From NCBI RefSeq assembly GCF_036321535.1, contig NC_087472.1:93870001-93934000 (forward strand): a stretch of 64,000 nucleotides of DNA, in the 5' to 3' direction. The notes under the pieces were generated by a model that saw only the letters and a program-made list of their open reading frames with translations, had not been told where the DNA came from and ran no database searches. The stretch's first letter is position 1, and every line of letters starts with the position of its first letter. The position numbers and the translations under genes are program-made. The DNA is from Camelus dromedarius (lineage: Eukaryota). Shown here piece after piece: positions 39,419-54,522 of this stretch.

Positions 39419-40992
39419 AACTAACTTTGAATTGCTGGGAGGAATTTCTATGTTAATTAATTCCGTATCTGTAGCTTTATAGATGAGTAATGTAGATCCA
39501 GATGAGATAGATGGCTTACCCTTTTCCTTCTTGGCCTCTCCATATATTAAAATAAATCTTTTGGAAGCTTGTTCCTGCCAACCCCCTACAAATTATTTCT
39601 TAATATTCATCAGAGTGGGGTTTTTTTGAGCTTTTTTTTTTTCTTTTGATGCAGTGGTGTTAAATTTTCTTATTTTCTTTATTCTTCCCCTTAACAATTT
39701 CTCTTCTTGTCGTCAGTCTTCCTCTTCTACTATATATCATGATATTCTTTTTAAAATTTAAATTAGGATCTAGTTAATTTTGATTATTACCTGAAACATA
39801 AACTGTATATCTGTTTGTTTCTCCTACTAAATCTGTTAGGTCTGAATTGTTTTTTAAACTTCTTGAACAACTTTGAATTTTGTTAGAGAAAAGCATTAGT
39901 ATTTTTTAAAAAAGAAAAATAACAACTGCAAAATTTTGCTTTAAGAAACACTAGTTTTCATCAAAGTTTAGCAAGCATACAAGGAAGTACACAAGTCATA
40001 AATTACAGATGGATTAATTTTCACAAAATAAAAAAATACCCATGTGACTAGCATGCAAAAGAAGAAATTTAACATTAGAAATAATGAGATTTTAATTGGG
40101 ATTATGTTGAATATGTGACTCAGTGTGGGGAGGTTAAAAATACTGAATCTCCTAATCCATAAAAGTATTACACCATTCCAATTGTTCATGACTTCATTAA
40201 TATTAATTAACAATTTTCCACAATTTGTTATGTACCAATCTTGCACGTCTTTTATTAAACTTGCATTTCAGAGTTTGATGTTCTTTGATGCTGTTATAAG
40301 TAGTATTTTTATAGTAATGTAATTCTTCAAGTAGTTGTGGTATCTAGAATTACACTTGATTCTTTTTCTTGAGCTTGTACCCAGTAATTTTGCTAAATTG
40401 ACTAATTTATTCTAACATACTAGCTATAGATTCCTTTTAGGTAGTATAACTACATATTGATGCAATCTTGTAATAATAGCAGTTGCATTCATTCTTTGTC
40501 AATCTTTATGCCTTTGCTTTTATCTTTTTATTGCTGTATTGCCCTAGCTAGGGCCTCCCTAAAATGTTAACTAAAGCTAGTGGTAATAAGCATATATCTC
40601 CTCTATATATCCAGTTATACTCTGTTTCTTGAAATCTACATTGTCATTAATGTACCCAACTGAACTTTCTTATGCTTAATTTTACATGATATATTATTTT
40701 CTATACTATTAACATTCAAGCTGTGTCTTGAAATTCAAATTATTTCACATATAAACATAGTAACTGGTACCTACAATTTTTCTAGTCTGAAAAATTTTCC
40801 ATTCTAATTGGAATGATTAGATCTTCTTAAATTTAACATTATTATTAATAAAGTTTGTTTTCAAGTTGATGATCTTGCCATTTGTTTTCTATTTTTTCAT
40901 CTCTTTTTGTTTCTGTTATTCCTTTTGTGCCTACTTTTGTGTTATTGAATTGTTTTATTATTCAGTTTAAATTCCTCTTTTGAATTTTTATC

Positions 40993-41330
40993 TGTGGCAG
41001 TTTAAAAACATGTCTACACATTCTCTAGCATCCTTTCCTTCAAAAAATGGGTTTTATGGCTCTTCCTAGGATTCTGGGCCAAGCTTAGTGAATCTTTGTA
41101 ACTAACACAATGCAGCTGTTGTGAAGCTACATGCCAACTCCTGGGCTGAAATTCCAGCCAGCTGACGTTGCCAACTGCCACCAGCAGAGGGCGCTGTCTT
41201 GGTCCTCCACCCAGCGCCTCTCACGCGTTTCTGTGGTTCTCGGTTTCCATCAACCATATCCCTTCATTTCCTGTAGAACTTCCAGTAGTAACGTAAATTA
41301 CTGGTTGTCCACCAGTAAACTGATGCAGAT
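40993..41330 (+). mobile_element. Old MaLR LTR fragment (MLT1-like)
   Basis: 'tgtggcagtttaaaaacatgtctacacattct', 'cttagtgaatctttgtaactaacacaatgcagc'. Confidence 0.6.
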
Positions 41331-44300
41331 TTGTTTATGTAGATATATCTTAATTTTCAGTTTGGAAAGATAATTTGGGTGAATATAGAATTCCATTAAC
41401 CGTTTTATTTTTTCTTTCAGTATCAGAAAGATTCTGCTCCTTTATCTGCGGTTCTCTCTGGATTCTGTTGAGAAGGCAGCAGCCATCTTTTAAATCAATA
41501 TTCCTGGGGAGGTAATGTATCTTTATTTCTCTGAAGTTTTTGTTTTGCACACTTAATTAATATTCTTCATATTTCATATAGTTGTCTAAAAGCAGTTTAC
41601 TACTAAAATATTTTAGAATTTAAATAGCTATTTTGTCAATCCTAACTTTCTGTATGGGTAAATAAGAGGATAATTTATTGGATTGACAATATAATAAAAT
41701 AAAGCAAAAGGAAAAAAAGGTCACATGAAAAATAGCAAAAACCAAAGCATCTGTTTTTTCTTACTAAAATACATAAAAGATCTGCATACATTATATTCAA
41801 ATTGAAACAATTTAAGCACATGGATAAGCAAAATATCAAAGTGGTTTGTTATAATTGGTCAGATACTAGCATTGATCTGGATGAGAAACTGTAAGACACC
41901 TGAATAAAAAAATGAAGTAACGCTTATATTACCTAGAGCAAAATATTTGTATCTACTGTAATTATATAATATACAAAAAAATTCTACTTTGAAAACATTC
42001 TATTGGTGAAATGATTTATATAAATCGAGTACATATCAGTACCTATTCAGTAACAGGCAATATATAGAATGTTAGTGAAAGAAATGAGTTTATGCATATA
42101 TGTATATACACATATGTATGTACTTTATATGAATAATTTTGATACTAAAATAATTATGAAATGTTATACTCTTGAACAAATTGTATTAGTAAAATGCATA
42201 CATGATATACACAAAAATGAATCCTAATGGCAATTAGTGTACAATATGCTTAATACTTAGTGGAAATTAAATAACAAGATATAAACTTTAATATATTGAT
42301 ATCAGAATTTGGAGGGAGTATAAAATGGTACTGAGTGTTTGGAAATTAATTTGCAGTTTTTTACCAGTATTTTAAATTTGCCTACCTTTTTGCACCGTAA
42401 TTGGCTTTCTATGACTGTATCTGACATAATTCTTCAAGTGTGTATAAAAATATGGCTGCAAAAAGGCAAAAACAGCTATTTTTAATAGACTATATTGTAT
42501 TCATACTGTAAATACATTTTCGGATTTTATACACAATCAGATAGATCTTATATAATTACAGAAGATATCTTCAGGGCATATTTTTAATAAAAAGACTAAG
42601 CAAATTAAAATTTATTTCATGTGTGTTTGCAAGTATATAAATGTATTATTTATGTAGATGAATATTTATAAAGTATATTTGCTCAATTACACTCTTCACT
42701 GCTAATAATGGTTACTTCTGTGAAAGGTGATGTACCTGTGTTTTTTTAGAAATTTTACACTAAATGCACAGCTTATTTGTAATCAATAAAATACATTATT
42801 TTTAACAAGAATCACTGATGATTCTTTTTAACCATCTACTTTTTAAATTTTTATAAGTAGTATAGTATAGTAAGAAGTTATGCTTAAAGCCAGAATTAGA
42901 GCTAGATAGGAAAGAAATGATAAGAAAAAATATAGAAAAAGTATGTAGAGAAATAATTTAAGTCTGAACCATCATGAAAAGCTGACCTTTAATTAGTCCG
43001 TGAAATCATTATACTGGGGTAAAACTGTCAGAAAAAAAGCTTTTTTTACTGTTATACTCGGATTAAACGTCAAGTATAATGTAGAGTTTACTTAATATTC
43101 AGTGGCCTCTGTTGCCATGATGTCAGAAAAAGTGACAACAGTAATAAGGGTTAAAATCTCAATTTTTATCTGAACAGTATACAGATAAAGACTTAAAACT
43201 ACAATCTTGTTGTGTAAGGTTTACATCCCATTTGTTATGATGTGTATAAAATGTCTAGTGAGAATTGCTGTTCTTAGAAAAATACGTTTAGATTTAAATG
43301 TATGGAATCCAGCAATATTGTCAAATGCACTTATTAGATCTTACTTACCACATATAAGTTGTTTTTAGATATTCTGGAAACATAAATATACAGTCTATGA
43401 ATAAATATGTGTTCATTTCTTTCTTTCCAGTCATTTATGCGTTTTAACTTTTCCCTCATTATTGGCCTATGACACCCATAAAATGTTGAATAGACTGGTA
43501 ATAGTGAGCATCCTTGCCTCCATCTTGATCTCATATTGTGTTTTTCAGTATTACATCACTAATTATGATATTTGCTATAGTTTTCTGAGTTTTTTTTTAA
43601 ACTCATAACTGGATGGCAAATTTGCCTAATTGTTTTTCTCTATCTGTTGTAAAAGTGACATGGTCATTTGTCTTTTGTTTTATTAAGGAGATTTGATGTT
43701 AAAATGTTAAGCTGCTAAGATTCTATTTTTGGATTAAACCCAATTTGTTTATGGGATATTATAACTGAAGTGTGTTTGGATTTTGTTTTTAAAAAATGCA
43801 AATATGTCTCCTTATGTTGTCAGGATGCATATCAATCATTGAACTTTGTTTCCTATGATGTCTTTATCAGTTTAGTGTAAAAGTTATAAAGATCTCATTA
43901 AATATTTTGGTGAGTGTTTTCACTATTTCTATTCCATGGAAGGGGTTGTGCAAGATTGGTATTATTTATTTCTGAATTTTATGGAAAAGTTCACACTATC
44001 AAGCATCAGACCATGGAAATCATTTGTAGGAAGAAATTTTATTATGGATACAATTTCATTAAAACATATAGGATTTTGAAAATTTCTTATTTTGTTAATG
44101 TGTGTTTTTCTGGAATTTTGTCATGTCATCTAACTTCAAATATTATGTAAGAGTCTCGAGCATCTGTAGTGATGACCCATTCTGTATTCCTGGTATTGAA
44201 AATGTATGTCTTCCCTTTTTGTGTGTGTGTGATCAGTCTTGCCACGATTTATAACTTTTTAGTCTTTTCCTCCCTAGAAAATAATTTTTGGATTTGTCAA

Positions 44301-46429
44301 TCTTTGTATTTTTTCTGAATTTCATTAATTGTTTCTAATTTTTTAATATCTACTATTCTTTTGGTTTAAATCAGCTCTTTTGTTCTCAGTTTTTGAAGTA
44401 GATGATCAGATCTTAAAGCTTTCAAAGTTTCTTCTTTTGCTTTTAATGCTAAAGTGTTTCCTGAGGCACATTTTGGTGGATCTTATACATTTTTAACAGC
44501 TTTTCTTATAGGTAAAATCGACTTAAAATGAACCACACAACTTTAAGATAATGTAACTCTTGAGATATGTATGTATTTTTTAAATCATCACCACAATTAA
44601 GATGATAAACATATTCACCCTCCCTCCCAGGTTTCCATGTGAATCTTCAAATTTTCCCCCCTTCTGATCCAGCCAAGCCCTTCTCTCTTTTTCATGCTAT
44701 GAACTTTTTAATACAAATCTTTGTGGGCATATATACTTCCATTTTTTTAAGATAAACATCAAGGAATGGAGTGCTTGCGTCACATGATAATGTGTTTCTT
44801 TAAGTACTTTAGAAAATACTGAAGTGCTTTTAGTCTGATTATATGACTTTATACCCTACTACTAATACTAGCATGCATTAGTGGCACAGTTGTTCTGTAT
44901 ACTTGCCAGCACTTGTTATGGTTAGTGTAGTTAATTGTAGCACTTCTTATCAGTGTACACTGGTACGTGACTGTCACTCCAAGCCCTGGTCAGCTGCTTA
45001 ACTTCTCAGCTAAAACTTTCTACTTAGCACCTTCAGTTACCTCCTCTGAATCAATAAAAAGGCCTTGGGGAAAAGGGGCTGCCAAATATGGGTCTCAGTT
45101 TCTGGGCTTCACTTTTGAGATGCAATTTCTTCAAATGCTTGCTTCCTGGGGTTTCTGGTGCCTTTGAACAAAATGTTTAGTATCTTCCAACTTTCTTAGT
45201 TTTTCTCAGCAACCATGGTTGGGTGGCAGTGGCTGGCTTGCCATTAATGGAAGCAGATGGCTTCGTAATACTGTTTTTTGTTTTTTTTTTTTGAAATATG
45301 TGGTTCTGTTTCTCTCAGGTGTCATTTGCCCTTCACCTGAAGAGCTTCCTGTAGCATTATTTATGTTACAGATTGGCCAGTGAAAAGTTGTCTCAAATTT
45401 GTTTATGTGGCTGTGACTCAGTCTGAAAGGAAAATTTTGTTGGATATGGAATTCTGGCTTGAATGTTTCTTCTTGCTGCATTGCAAAGATTCTGGTGCGT
45501 TTTCTTTGGTCCTCCATGGGTTGTAATGAGAAAGTGGCCATCATTTAAATAATTGTGCCTGGATATGTATCCATGTATCTTTATTTTTTAGATGTTTTTA
45601 TTGATACACATTTGTTCATTTCATTGAATTCCTTAACTATATAAGTGTCAAATATGTAGCTTACTAATATATTAATCAGTTAAAACTTCAATAGCTATTT
45701 TGTCAATCCAAATTTTTCCACTTAAGTAAATAAAAAGATGAGTGACAAAACAAAGCAAAAAAAAAAAAAAAAACTAACATTGAAAATAAAAAAGCCCAAA
45801 AGTCTAATTTTTTCACTTAAAATATATAAACATATTGGTGCAGATTATACACAAATTAAAATAATTAAAGCACATTCACAAGCAAAATATCAAAATGATT
45901 GTTATAATTGCTGATGTGTTGCTAAATGTTGACATGCATAAGATAATGTGCAAGAACAGGTTAAAACTCTTAATTCAAAATAATGAAGTGACATTTGTAT
46001 TACCTATAGTGAAATATTTTATATATACTGTAATTGTATAATATACAATACAATTCTACTTTGGAAAAACATATTTTATAGGTGAAATGATTTATATATA
46101 TAGTACATATCAGAATCCCATAGATACTTCTTTTATGATCTCATGTGGGGAAAAGGGATATCAAATTTGGTTCTTATCACCAGGACTGCTCTGTTCCCTG
46201 AAATCCTGTCCTTCTTTGAGTTTGTCATAGCTTCAAAAATATCTTTTATACTTTTCCATCTTTTCTAGATATTTTTTTTTAGCAGAATGTTTGGGCTGAA
46301 ATGTGTAGTCTGCCATTATGAGGAGATGATGTCTTTACAAACGCTGTTGTTGTTGTTGTTTTTAGTATGTTTTAGTTTGCAGATGATTTGTCTTAGGGCC
46401 AGTTACCTCAATCTATATATTAAGAATTT

Positions 46430-49270
46430 AAACAATTTTTAATTAAACTTTTGTGATAGTTTACGTTCATTTGCAGATGTACAAAATAACACAGAGATAT
46501 CCAGTGCACTCTTTTCCCATTTCTAGCCAGTTTTAACATCTTGGAAAACTGTAGTACAGTATCTCAACCAGGATGTTAACATTGATCCTGTCAAGATAAA
46601 ATACATTGCAGCCACTGCAAGGATCCTCTGTGTTGTATTTTATAGGCACACCCACATCTGACTTCTCCAGCACCCCTATCCCTCCAGTCCCTGACTTCAG
46701 GTAGCCAATAATCTGTTTTTCATTTGTGTGTGTGTCTGTGTATGTGTGTATGTATGTATGTAGGTGTGTGTATATATATATATTTATATAACATTAGCAA
46801 GAATATCATTTGTTTGTTTCAAGAATATTGTATAATAGAATGTATATGTCACCTTTGGGACTTTTTTTTTTTCACTTTGTGTAATTCTCTGGACATTTAT
46901 CCAGGCTGTTGCATATATTAGTAGTTTGTTCCTTTTTCTTGCTGAGTAGTACTTCATCATATGAATGTATCACATTTAGTTTAACCATTTATCCTCTTAA
47001 GGATTTCTAATTGTTTCCAGGCTTTGACTATTATTGATAAATCTGCTATAAATATCTTTGTATAGGTTTCTGTATGGATAAAAGTCTTCATTTCTCTGAG
47101 ATGTGTGCAGTTGTTCTATCATACGATATTTGTGAGTTTAATTTTTTTAAGAAGCTTTCTGTTTTCCATAATGGTGCAACATTTTACATTTTCAGAGAAA
47201 TATATAAGTGATCTAGTTTGTATCCTAGCCAGCATTTGGTGATGTCACTTACTTATTTTTTTGGCCATTCTGGTATCTGTATAATAATAATTCATTGTGG
47301 TTTTAGTTTGTATTTAATGACTATGATTTTGAACATCTTTTCATGTACTTGTTTTCCATCTGTGTATCTTCTTTAGTGAAATTTGGTTGTTTTTTTCTCA
47401 TTTTAAAATTGAATGGCTTATTTTATACTGTTGAGTTTTGAGAGTTCTTCACATATTCTAGATACTAATTTTTTTTTGGATATATGTCTTGAAAATATTT
47501 TCTCCCAATGTATAGCTTTTCTTTTCATCCTCTTAATAGGGGATGAAACTTTTCAATAGCAAAAATTAAATTTTTATGAAGTTCATTTTCTCAGTTTTTC
47601 CCTTTATGGATCATACTTTTGGTATTAAGTCTTTTTTGGTGTCAAGGACTTTTTTCCTTCTGCTGGATTACAAAGATTTTCTCCTCTTGTGTTTTTTAAA
47701 AATATAGTTTGCATTTAAATCTATGATCCATTATTCCTTAATTTCTGTGTAAGGTATGAGGTTTAAATGAAGGTTCATATTTTTGCCTAGGGATATCCAA
47801 TTGCCCTAGCATGATATATTGAAAAGATTATCCTTTCTTCCCTTACTGGTGTGGGGCTTTTTTGGGTTCTTCTTGGAGGAGATCTTCAAGAGAGTGTAAC
47901 CACTGGTTGACCCTTGAGCTGAACCCAGGCAGTTGGAAGCCCCTTAGCCCCCACCCCCCACTTCCGGCCCCTGTAGTGTATGTTCTACCCACTGTTCCCA
48001 AGGACATAGCTTTGAGAGAGCAATGTGTTGTTGAGACCATCTGGACTGAATGCCTTACTCAACCCAGTTAAGTCCTCTATATAAACTTTTTAAGATTCTG
48101 GCGGGTGGGTGTGGAGATCTGCTTGTCAAGGCAAGCCTTGTAGGTAAGTTCCTTTGCTTATTTACCCTGTCACCTACCAACCTGGAGTGCTCTGCCTCTT
48201 CCTTCAGTCTCTCTTTGTCAGTGTATAGGGGCTGGGTTGTGAACCTATTGTTCTCTTTCTGTTGTATTGGTCTATGTGTGTATCCATCTGCCAATACCAC
48301 ATTGATTTCTATAGGTATATAATACATTTTGAATTGAATATTGTGATTCCTCCAACTTTATTTTTAATTTAAAAAATTATTTCATCTATTTTCTTTTGTC
48401 TTTCCATATAAATATTAGAACCATATATATATATATATACATATAAGTGTATATCTTTTTAGATATACATCTACATCTAAAAAAAATCTTGTTTTGGTTT
48501 TAAGATTTGTAGAAAACCAGAATATTGATTTGGGGAGAATTGAAGTCTTACAGTGTTCATTTGTCCCATCCATGCTCACTGCACATCTCTGTGGTTTGTT
48601 TAGATCTACTTTGATTTTTTTTAAATCATTTTTGCGAACTTTTTAGCATATAAGGCCTGTACATGTCTCAAGTGATTGACACCAAAATATTTCATTTTGT
48701 TCACCATTTATAAATTTTGTTGTATTTTTCATACAATGTATGCACATAGTCAATGCTAGTATATAGAAATACAATCGATTTTGTACGTTCATCTTACATC
48801 TTGTATTCCTGATGAGCTCAGTCATTACTTGAAGGTTTTATTTTATTTCTTCCTTTCAGATCTTTTATTTCCTTTTTTGTTTCTGTGTTTGCTTTGCTGC
48901 CTTGACTTACCCCAGTACTATGTTAAATAGCAGTAGAGAAAGCAGACATATTTGCTCTGTTCCTGCGCTTCAAGGCAGAGCATTCATTTTTTCATGATAA
49001 CTAATAACAGCTAATAACTTTAGCTGTTTTTCTTCATAAATTTATATGATCCTGTGATTTTAGCTTGTTATTGCGGTAGATTACACTGATTGATTTTCTA
49101 ATATTGAACCAGCCTGATAACCATGGAGTTAAAATCACTTGCTCATCATGTATAAGCTTTTTATATATAACATAACTCTATTTGCTAATATTTTTATAAG
49201 GATTTTGTGTCTGTATTCAAGGGATATTAGTCTGTGGTTTTCTGTTTCGGTACTTTTTGTTTGATTTTGT
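46430..49270 (-). mobile_element. Old L1 (L1MB/MC-type) 3' portion, duplication copy
   Basis: Continuous antisense L1 3' UTR/ORF2; its start and flank match 54960 onward. Confidence 0.8.
47850..48225 (+). mobile_element. ERV-type LTR inserted in L1
   Basis: GC-rich island beginning tgtgggg, with a TATA-like 'ctatataaa' near 48077; absent from the paralogous L1 at ~56330. Family and right end uncertain. Confidence 0.65.
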
Positions 49271-51022
49271 TTCAGGGGGTAGAAGTAGTCTCCCCACACG
49301 CCATACATTATTTCTCTGTTGGAGGAAGTGCTCTTTGCCGTCCATCAAGGGTGAAGTTCCCTGCTGTCTGTTAAGCCACCTCTGACAACATTTGAGGGGA
49401 TTTTGGGGTAACTCCTTACAGTTTAGGCTCCCCATTCAGCCTTTGCTGACCTGGATGAGGATAGTGTTTGGCTGTAGTTGTGTGGCTGTTATCTGAAAGT
49501 TTTCTGTATATTAGGTGGTCCTTTTTCTAGCCTTTGCCTACAGAAAATAGGCTTTGATTGCAGCTTTTTATGTCTGAACCTTTTGACATTTCCAGGTTGC
49601 CAGATTTTTCAGCTGTAAATCTGGAATGTATAAAGCAAAAACGAACATAAAATGAGGAAAAAAAAAAAAGGAGGGGGACAGAAAAATACCATTGTATTAT
49701 TCATTGGGTCTTGAGATCCCTAACCAGTCTCATCTTTCCACCTGTCAGACCCTTCTTATGTTTGTTTTACATGTAACATCCAGATGTTTAGTTGTACTTA
49801 GGTGAAATAGGGACAGTGTATCTATTCTGTCTTCTTAGAAGCAGATACCAAGTGATTTTTTTTTTTAGTCAGTGACCTTCATAAACAGTAGATTTTCTTT
49901 TGCCATCGTTTACTTAATTTCTTTCAGTCTAATTATTTTATTCATCCCATGAATGTCTCTTCACTTGCCAACATGTGCCAGGTGTGGACCATGTGATACA
50001 GTTACATTACTGAGAGACAGCCTAGTGGGAAAACAACAAGTAAATATGGACTATATTATAGAAGATAAGCTTTGTGGTAATTTGTTAAGCATTAATAATA
50101 ACTGGAATATTACCTATATATTTTTGTGTTATTTTCAATGTCTTCTCAAGGGATAGGTATTTGGATTCCTTATTTTGATGTTACACTTAGAATTACATAC
50201 TATCATTTCCTGTAATATATAATATTGTTCTGCTTTGGCAAGATACATTTTACATGTAAAATGATTTGTATAAACATAATACATATCATAATCAGTTAGG
50301 TACCATGCAATATATGGAACATAAGTGAAAGCAATGAGTGTTCATATCTATCAATTTGTCTGTGGGCTTAATGTATGGTAATTGTGGTAATCAAGTAACT
50401 AGGAAATGATAGAGCACTTAAAAATAGAGTTTGTAACATCCATCAAAGGATATACAAAAAATAAATGTAAATGGGCAATTACCTACTAAGCGTGCCTTAT
50501 ACTTGACATAAATTATTTAAGTAACAAGATACCTTTTTTGTCTTAATACTAGGTTATTGAAGGAATATACAATGGTAATGAGTTTTTGGAAGAAGATTCT
50601 GGTATTTTTAGCAAAGTTACAAATATATCTAGATTTTACACTGTATTCATCTTCTATAGGTGTATCAGACATAGCTACTCACACATGTGCATTCAAGTGT
50701 GGATTCATAGAAGTCAAAACAAATATTTTTTGAATAAACTACACTGTGTGTCTACTATGAATAGTATGCAGTTTTTAAACCAATTAGGTAGATATTACAT
50801 ATTCACAAAAGACATCTTCATGGTATATTGCTAATAATAAAGAAATCAGATTGTAATTTACATACAGATGTGTGTACAATTATGTAAGTATATTATCCAT
50901 GATAATATGTATATATGTTTCACCTGTTTATACACATACTTCTCAAGTAATTACAGTTACTTCTCGAAAGGATTATGTATCATGTTTTGAAATTTTTACA
51001 TTGTACATATACTATATATGTA

Positions 51023-51339
51023 TGCTACAGAGTGAATGTTTGTGTCCCCCACAATATGCATATGTTGAAACCTAATCCCCAATATAATGGTATTAGGAGG
51101 TAGGGCCTTTGAGAGGTTGATTAGGTCATAAGGGCTCAGTGTCCTTATTAACAAAGGTCCAAGAGAGCTCCCTCACCGTTTACACCATGTGAAGTTATGG
51201 GAAGAAAATGACCATCTATGAACCAGTGGCTTGATGTTGGTCTTGCCTCAGCTTCCAGAACTGTGAGAAATAAATTTTTTTGTTTATAAGCTACCAGATA
51301 TGTGATATTTTGCTATAGCAGCTTGAAGGGACTAAGATG
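51023..51339 (+). mobile_element. MaLR solo LTR (MLT1A/MST-like)
   Basis: 'tgaatgtttgtgtccccc...atatgttgaaacctaatcccc', 'ttccagaactgtgagaaataaa'; 5-bp TSD atgta at 51018-51022 and 51340-51344. Confidence 0.9.
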
Positions 51340-52334
51340 ATGTATATAATTAAAGATATAAATTTTAAAAACCCACATGATGATGACATGTTACTAATAA
51401 TTTTTGAAAGATCTACAGTTAGCTTTCTATGATAAAATAGTACAGAATGAGATAAGATGTTAGGAAGAAGTTAGATTGAGAGAAGGGAAAGGAAAAATAA
51501 TGAGAAAAATGTAAATCAGATATGAGGGAAAATAATTGTGATGTTGAACTCTTAGTAACATCATTAAACAGGGATCATTAAGAAATTAGTCACAAAGAAT
51601 TACCATTTTCTTGTTCTACTGGAATTAAATGTCAAGTGTATAGTAAAGTTCATCTTAGATTTTGGGATTTCTGTTACCTTAATAGAAGAAAAAAATGACA
51701 ATAAAATAAGGGTTAAAGTTCTCTGAACTTTTATCTGATCAATATATGGAAAAAAGTCTTAAAAATACAACCTTGTAGTGTAGGGCTTTTGTTCCACTTC
51801 TGATACATATACAAAGGTTAGTAATAATTGCTGTTCTCAGAAAAAAATTTGTAATATTTAACTGTAAGGAACCCAAAAATCTACTTAAGTTTACTGTTTA
51901 ATTTTAATGTGTGATCTCAAAGGGAGGTTTTCATCATTTTACTGCTAGATATGATATTTGCAGCAGTTTGTGAGGGTTTTTTTTTTAAAATCATAACTAG
52001 ATGATAATTTGGTCATGTTGTTTCTCTTGTGACAGTGATACGATTTTATCCTTTGTTTTATAGCAGTTGTTTGATAACAGAATTTTTATCTCACTAGAAT
52101 CCATTCTTGTATTACACTCAGTATGTTCATGGGAGTATTGTAGCTGAAGTACCTTTGGTTCTGTTTGTCAAATATATATGTTGTGTTTTGTGGGAAGAAG
52201 TGGGGATTTGATGAGGGATATATGCCGTTGATTTTCCTAATTTTATTTTCCTTATCATTTTGGTGTAAAGTTTATAGGAGTCTCCAAAGCATTTTGGAGA
52301 ACGTTTTACTGTTTCTATTTCTATATACAAGCAA

Positions 52335-52538
52335 AAGAATGTCAGAGATTGCCAGCAAACCACCACAAGCTGGGAAGAGGCCAGGAAGGATTCCCCTATA
52401 GGTTTTAGAGGGTTCATAGCCTTACTTTTAGCTTGATTTCGGACTTCTGGGCTCCACAACTGTGAGACAATACATTTCTGTTTTGTAAGCAATTCAGTTT
52501 ATGGTATTTTGTTATGGCAATCCTAGGAAACTAATACA
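52335..52538 (+). mobile_element. MLT1 LTR 3' half
   Basis: 'gattgccagcaaaccaccacaagctgggaagagg...ggacttctgggctccacaactgtgagacaatacatttc...ctaggaaactaataca'. Confidence 0.85.
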
Positions 52539-54328
52539 TTCTGTAAGCATGACTTGTATTGTTTGGCCAATGACAAATTGTTTCAGATCTGCTTATCTGG
52601 GTACATCTTATTTCACTCTCAATTTAGAAGGGTAATTTTGTTGAATATAAAGTTCTGGATTGAATGTTCTGTCTCTTTGTTTATCGTTGGAAAAATGGTA
52701 CTCCATTTTCGCCAATTCTCCATGGATTCTGTGGAGAAGGCAGTCAACATTTAAAGCATCATTCCTGGATAGGTAATATATCTTTATTGAAGCTTATGGT
52801 GGGTATACATTTATTTAATTCATTAAAATGCTTTGTATTTTATAGAGATGTCAAATATATGGTTTACTAATGAAATATTTCAAAAATTTCACTAGCTATG
52901 TTGTAAACAAAAGTGGTTCTAATACATAAAAAGGTTAACCTTTGATCAACAATAGAAAAAAAAATTACAGCTTTTACAACCATTCAGGTAGATGTTAAAT
53001 ACTTACAGGGGACATCTCCAAGATACATAGTTAATTAAAAAGAAATTGATTATAATTTCCTTACAGATATTTGTACAACTATGTAAATATGTTATTCATG
53101 TAAATAAATGTTTATCTTTACATTTGCTTATATATACACTTCACTGCTAATCACAGTTACTTAGGAATATGCATTGGCTTTTATGACAGTTTTACACTGT
53201 GCACATGAAATACATATATCATGTCATAAAATATATACATCAAAAATTAATCACATGATAATGGCATCTTACTAGTAATTTGTGAAAGGTATACTCTTTG
53301 CTTTTTAATTTTAAAGTACAGAACAGAATAAGAAGTTAGTCTTACAGATGGAAGGTTTAGAAAAGAGTTAGGAGGGAAAAATAAGAATAATATAAACAAG
53401 ATATGAGGGAAAATATTTTATTTTAATTGTCAGCCGTTTATAAGAAGCTAACATCTAATTGCTCGTTTGGATCATTAAACTAGAGACCATAAGTAAAATT
53501 CTCACAAAGAATGCTCTTTTTATTTCACCAGAATTAAGTGACAAGTGTATGATAAAGGCCTTTGTTGGCATGATAGCAGAAAAATTGACAACAGTAATCA
53601 GGGTTAAAATCCTCTCCAATTTAATCTGATCCATATATGGAGAAAGTCTTAGATAACCTTGTATAGGGTTCTGATGTCATTTCTTATGATGTGTATAAAA
53701 AGTTTAGTAACAATTACTATTAAAAATATTTACTATTAGAAAAATACTAATGTTTGGAATCCATCAGTTTTGCTAAATTTACTGTTTAATGCCTGATGCA
53801 TTATCTATAGAAAACTTTAGTAATCTCAAAACATAAACATGTAATATATGATTAAAGGTGATTTAGTATCTTCCTTTCCAAGTGTTATGCTTTTTAAAAT
53901 TAAAAAAAAAAAAGAGTTTCCTTTATTGTCCTATGATCATTCTAAAATGTTTAACGGGTGGTAGTAGGTGATTCCTTGTCTGTTTTCTGATTGCAGGGGA
54001 AGGTTTTCAATATTTTACTACTAGCTATGGTATTGGCTACAGTTTTTGTTTTTTTTTTAATAATGACTGGATGGTAAATTTGGTCATATTGTTTCCCTTT
54101 GTTGTGATAGTGACATGATTTTTGCTCTTTCCTTTGTTAAAGTCATTTGGTTCCAAAATTTTATCCCACCAAAATGCTTTATTTAAACCCCATTTGTTCA
54201 TGGAGTATTATAATTGAAATAGCTTTGAGTTTTGTTTGCCAAACATAAGTTGTTTTATTTTGGGAAGATGTATACCCCTTTCATGAGAGATATATAGCAT
54301 TAAATTTCCGCTGTTATATTATCCTTAT

Positions 54329-54522
54329 TTTTTTATTGAAGTATAATTGATTTACAATGTTGTGTTACTTTCTGGTGTACAGTCATTGTTGTGCATACAT
54401 ACTCTTTTTTGTATTCTTTTTCAGTGTAGGTCATTAGAAGTTATTGAATATAGTTCCCGGCGCTATACAGTAGGACCTTGTTTATCTATTTGGTATATAA
54501 TAGTTTGTATCTGCTAATCCCA
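54329..54522 (-). mobile_element. Short young L1 3' tail
   Basis: 'ttttttattgaagtataattgatttacaatgttgtg'; TSD atccttat at 54321-54328 and 54523-54530. Confidence 0.85.
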
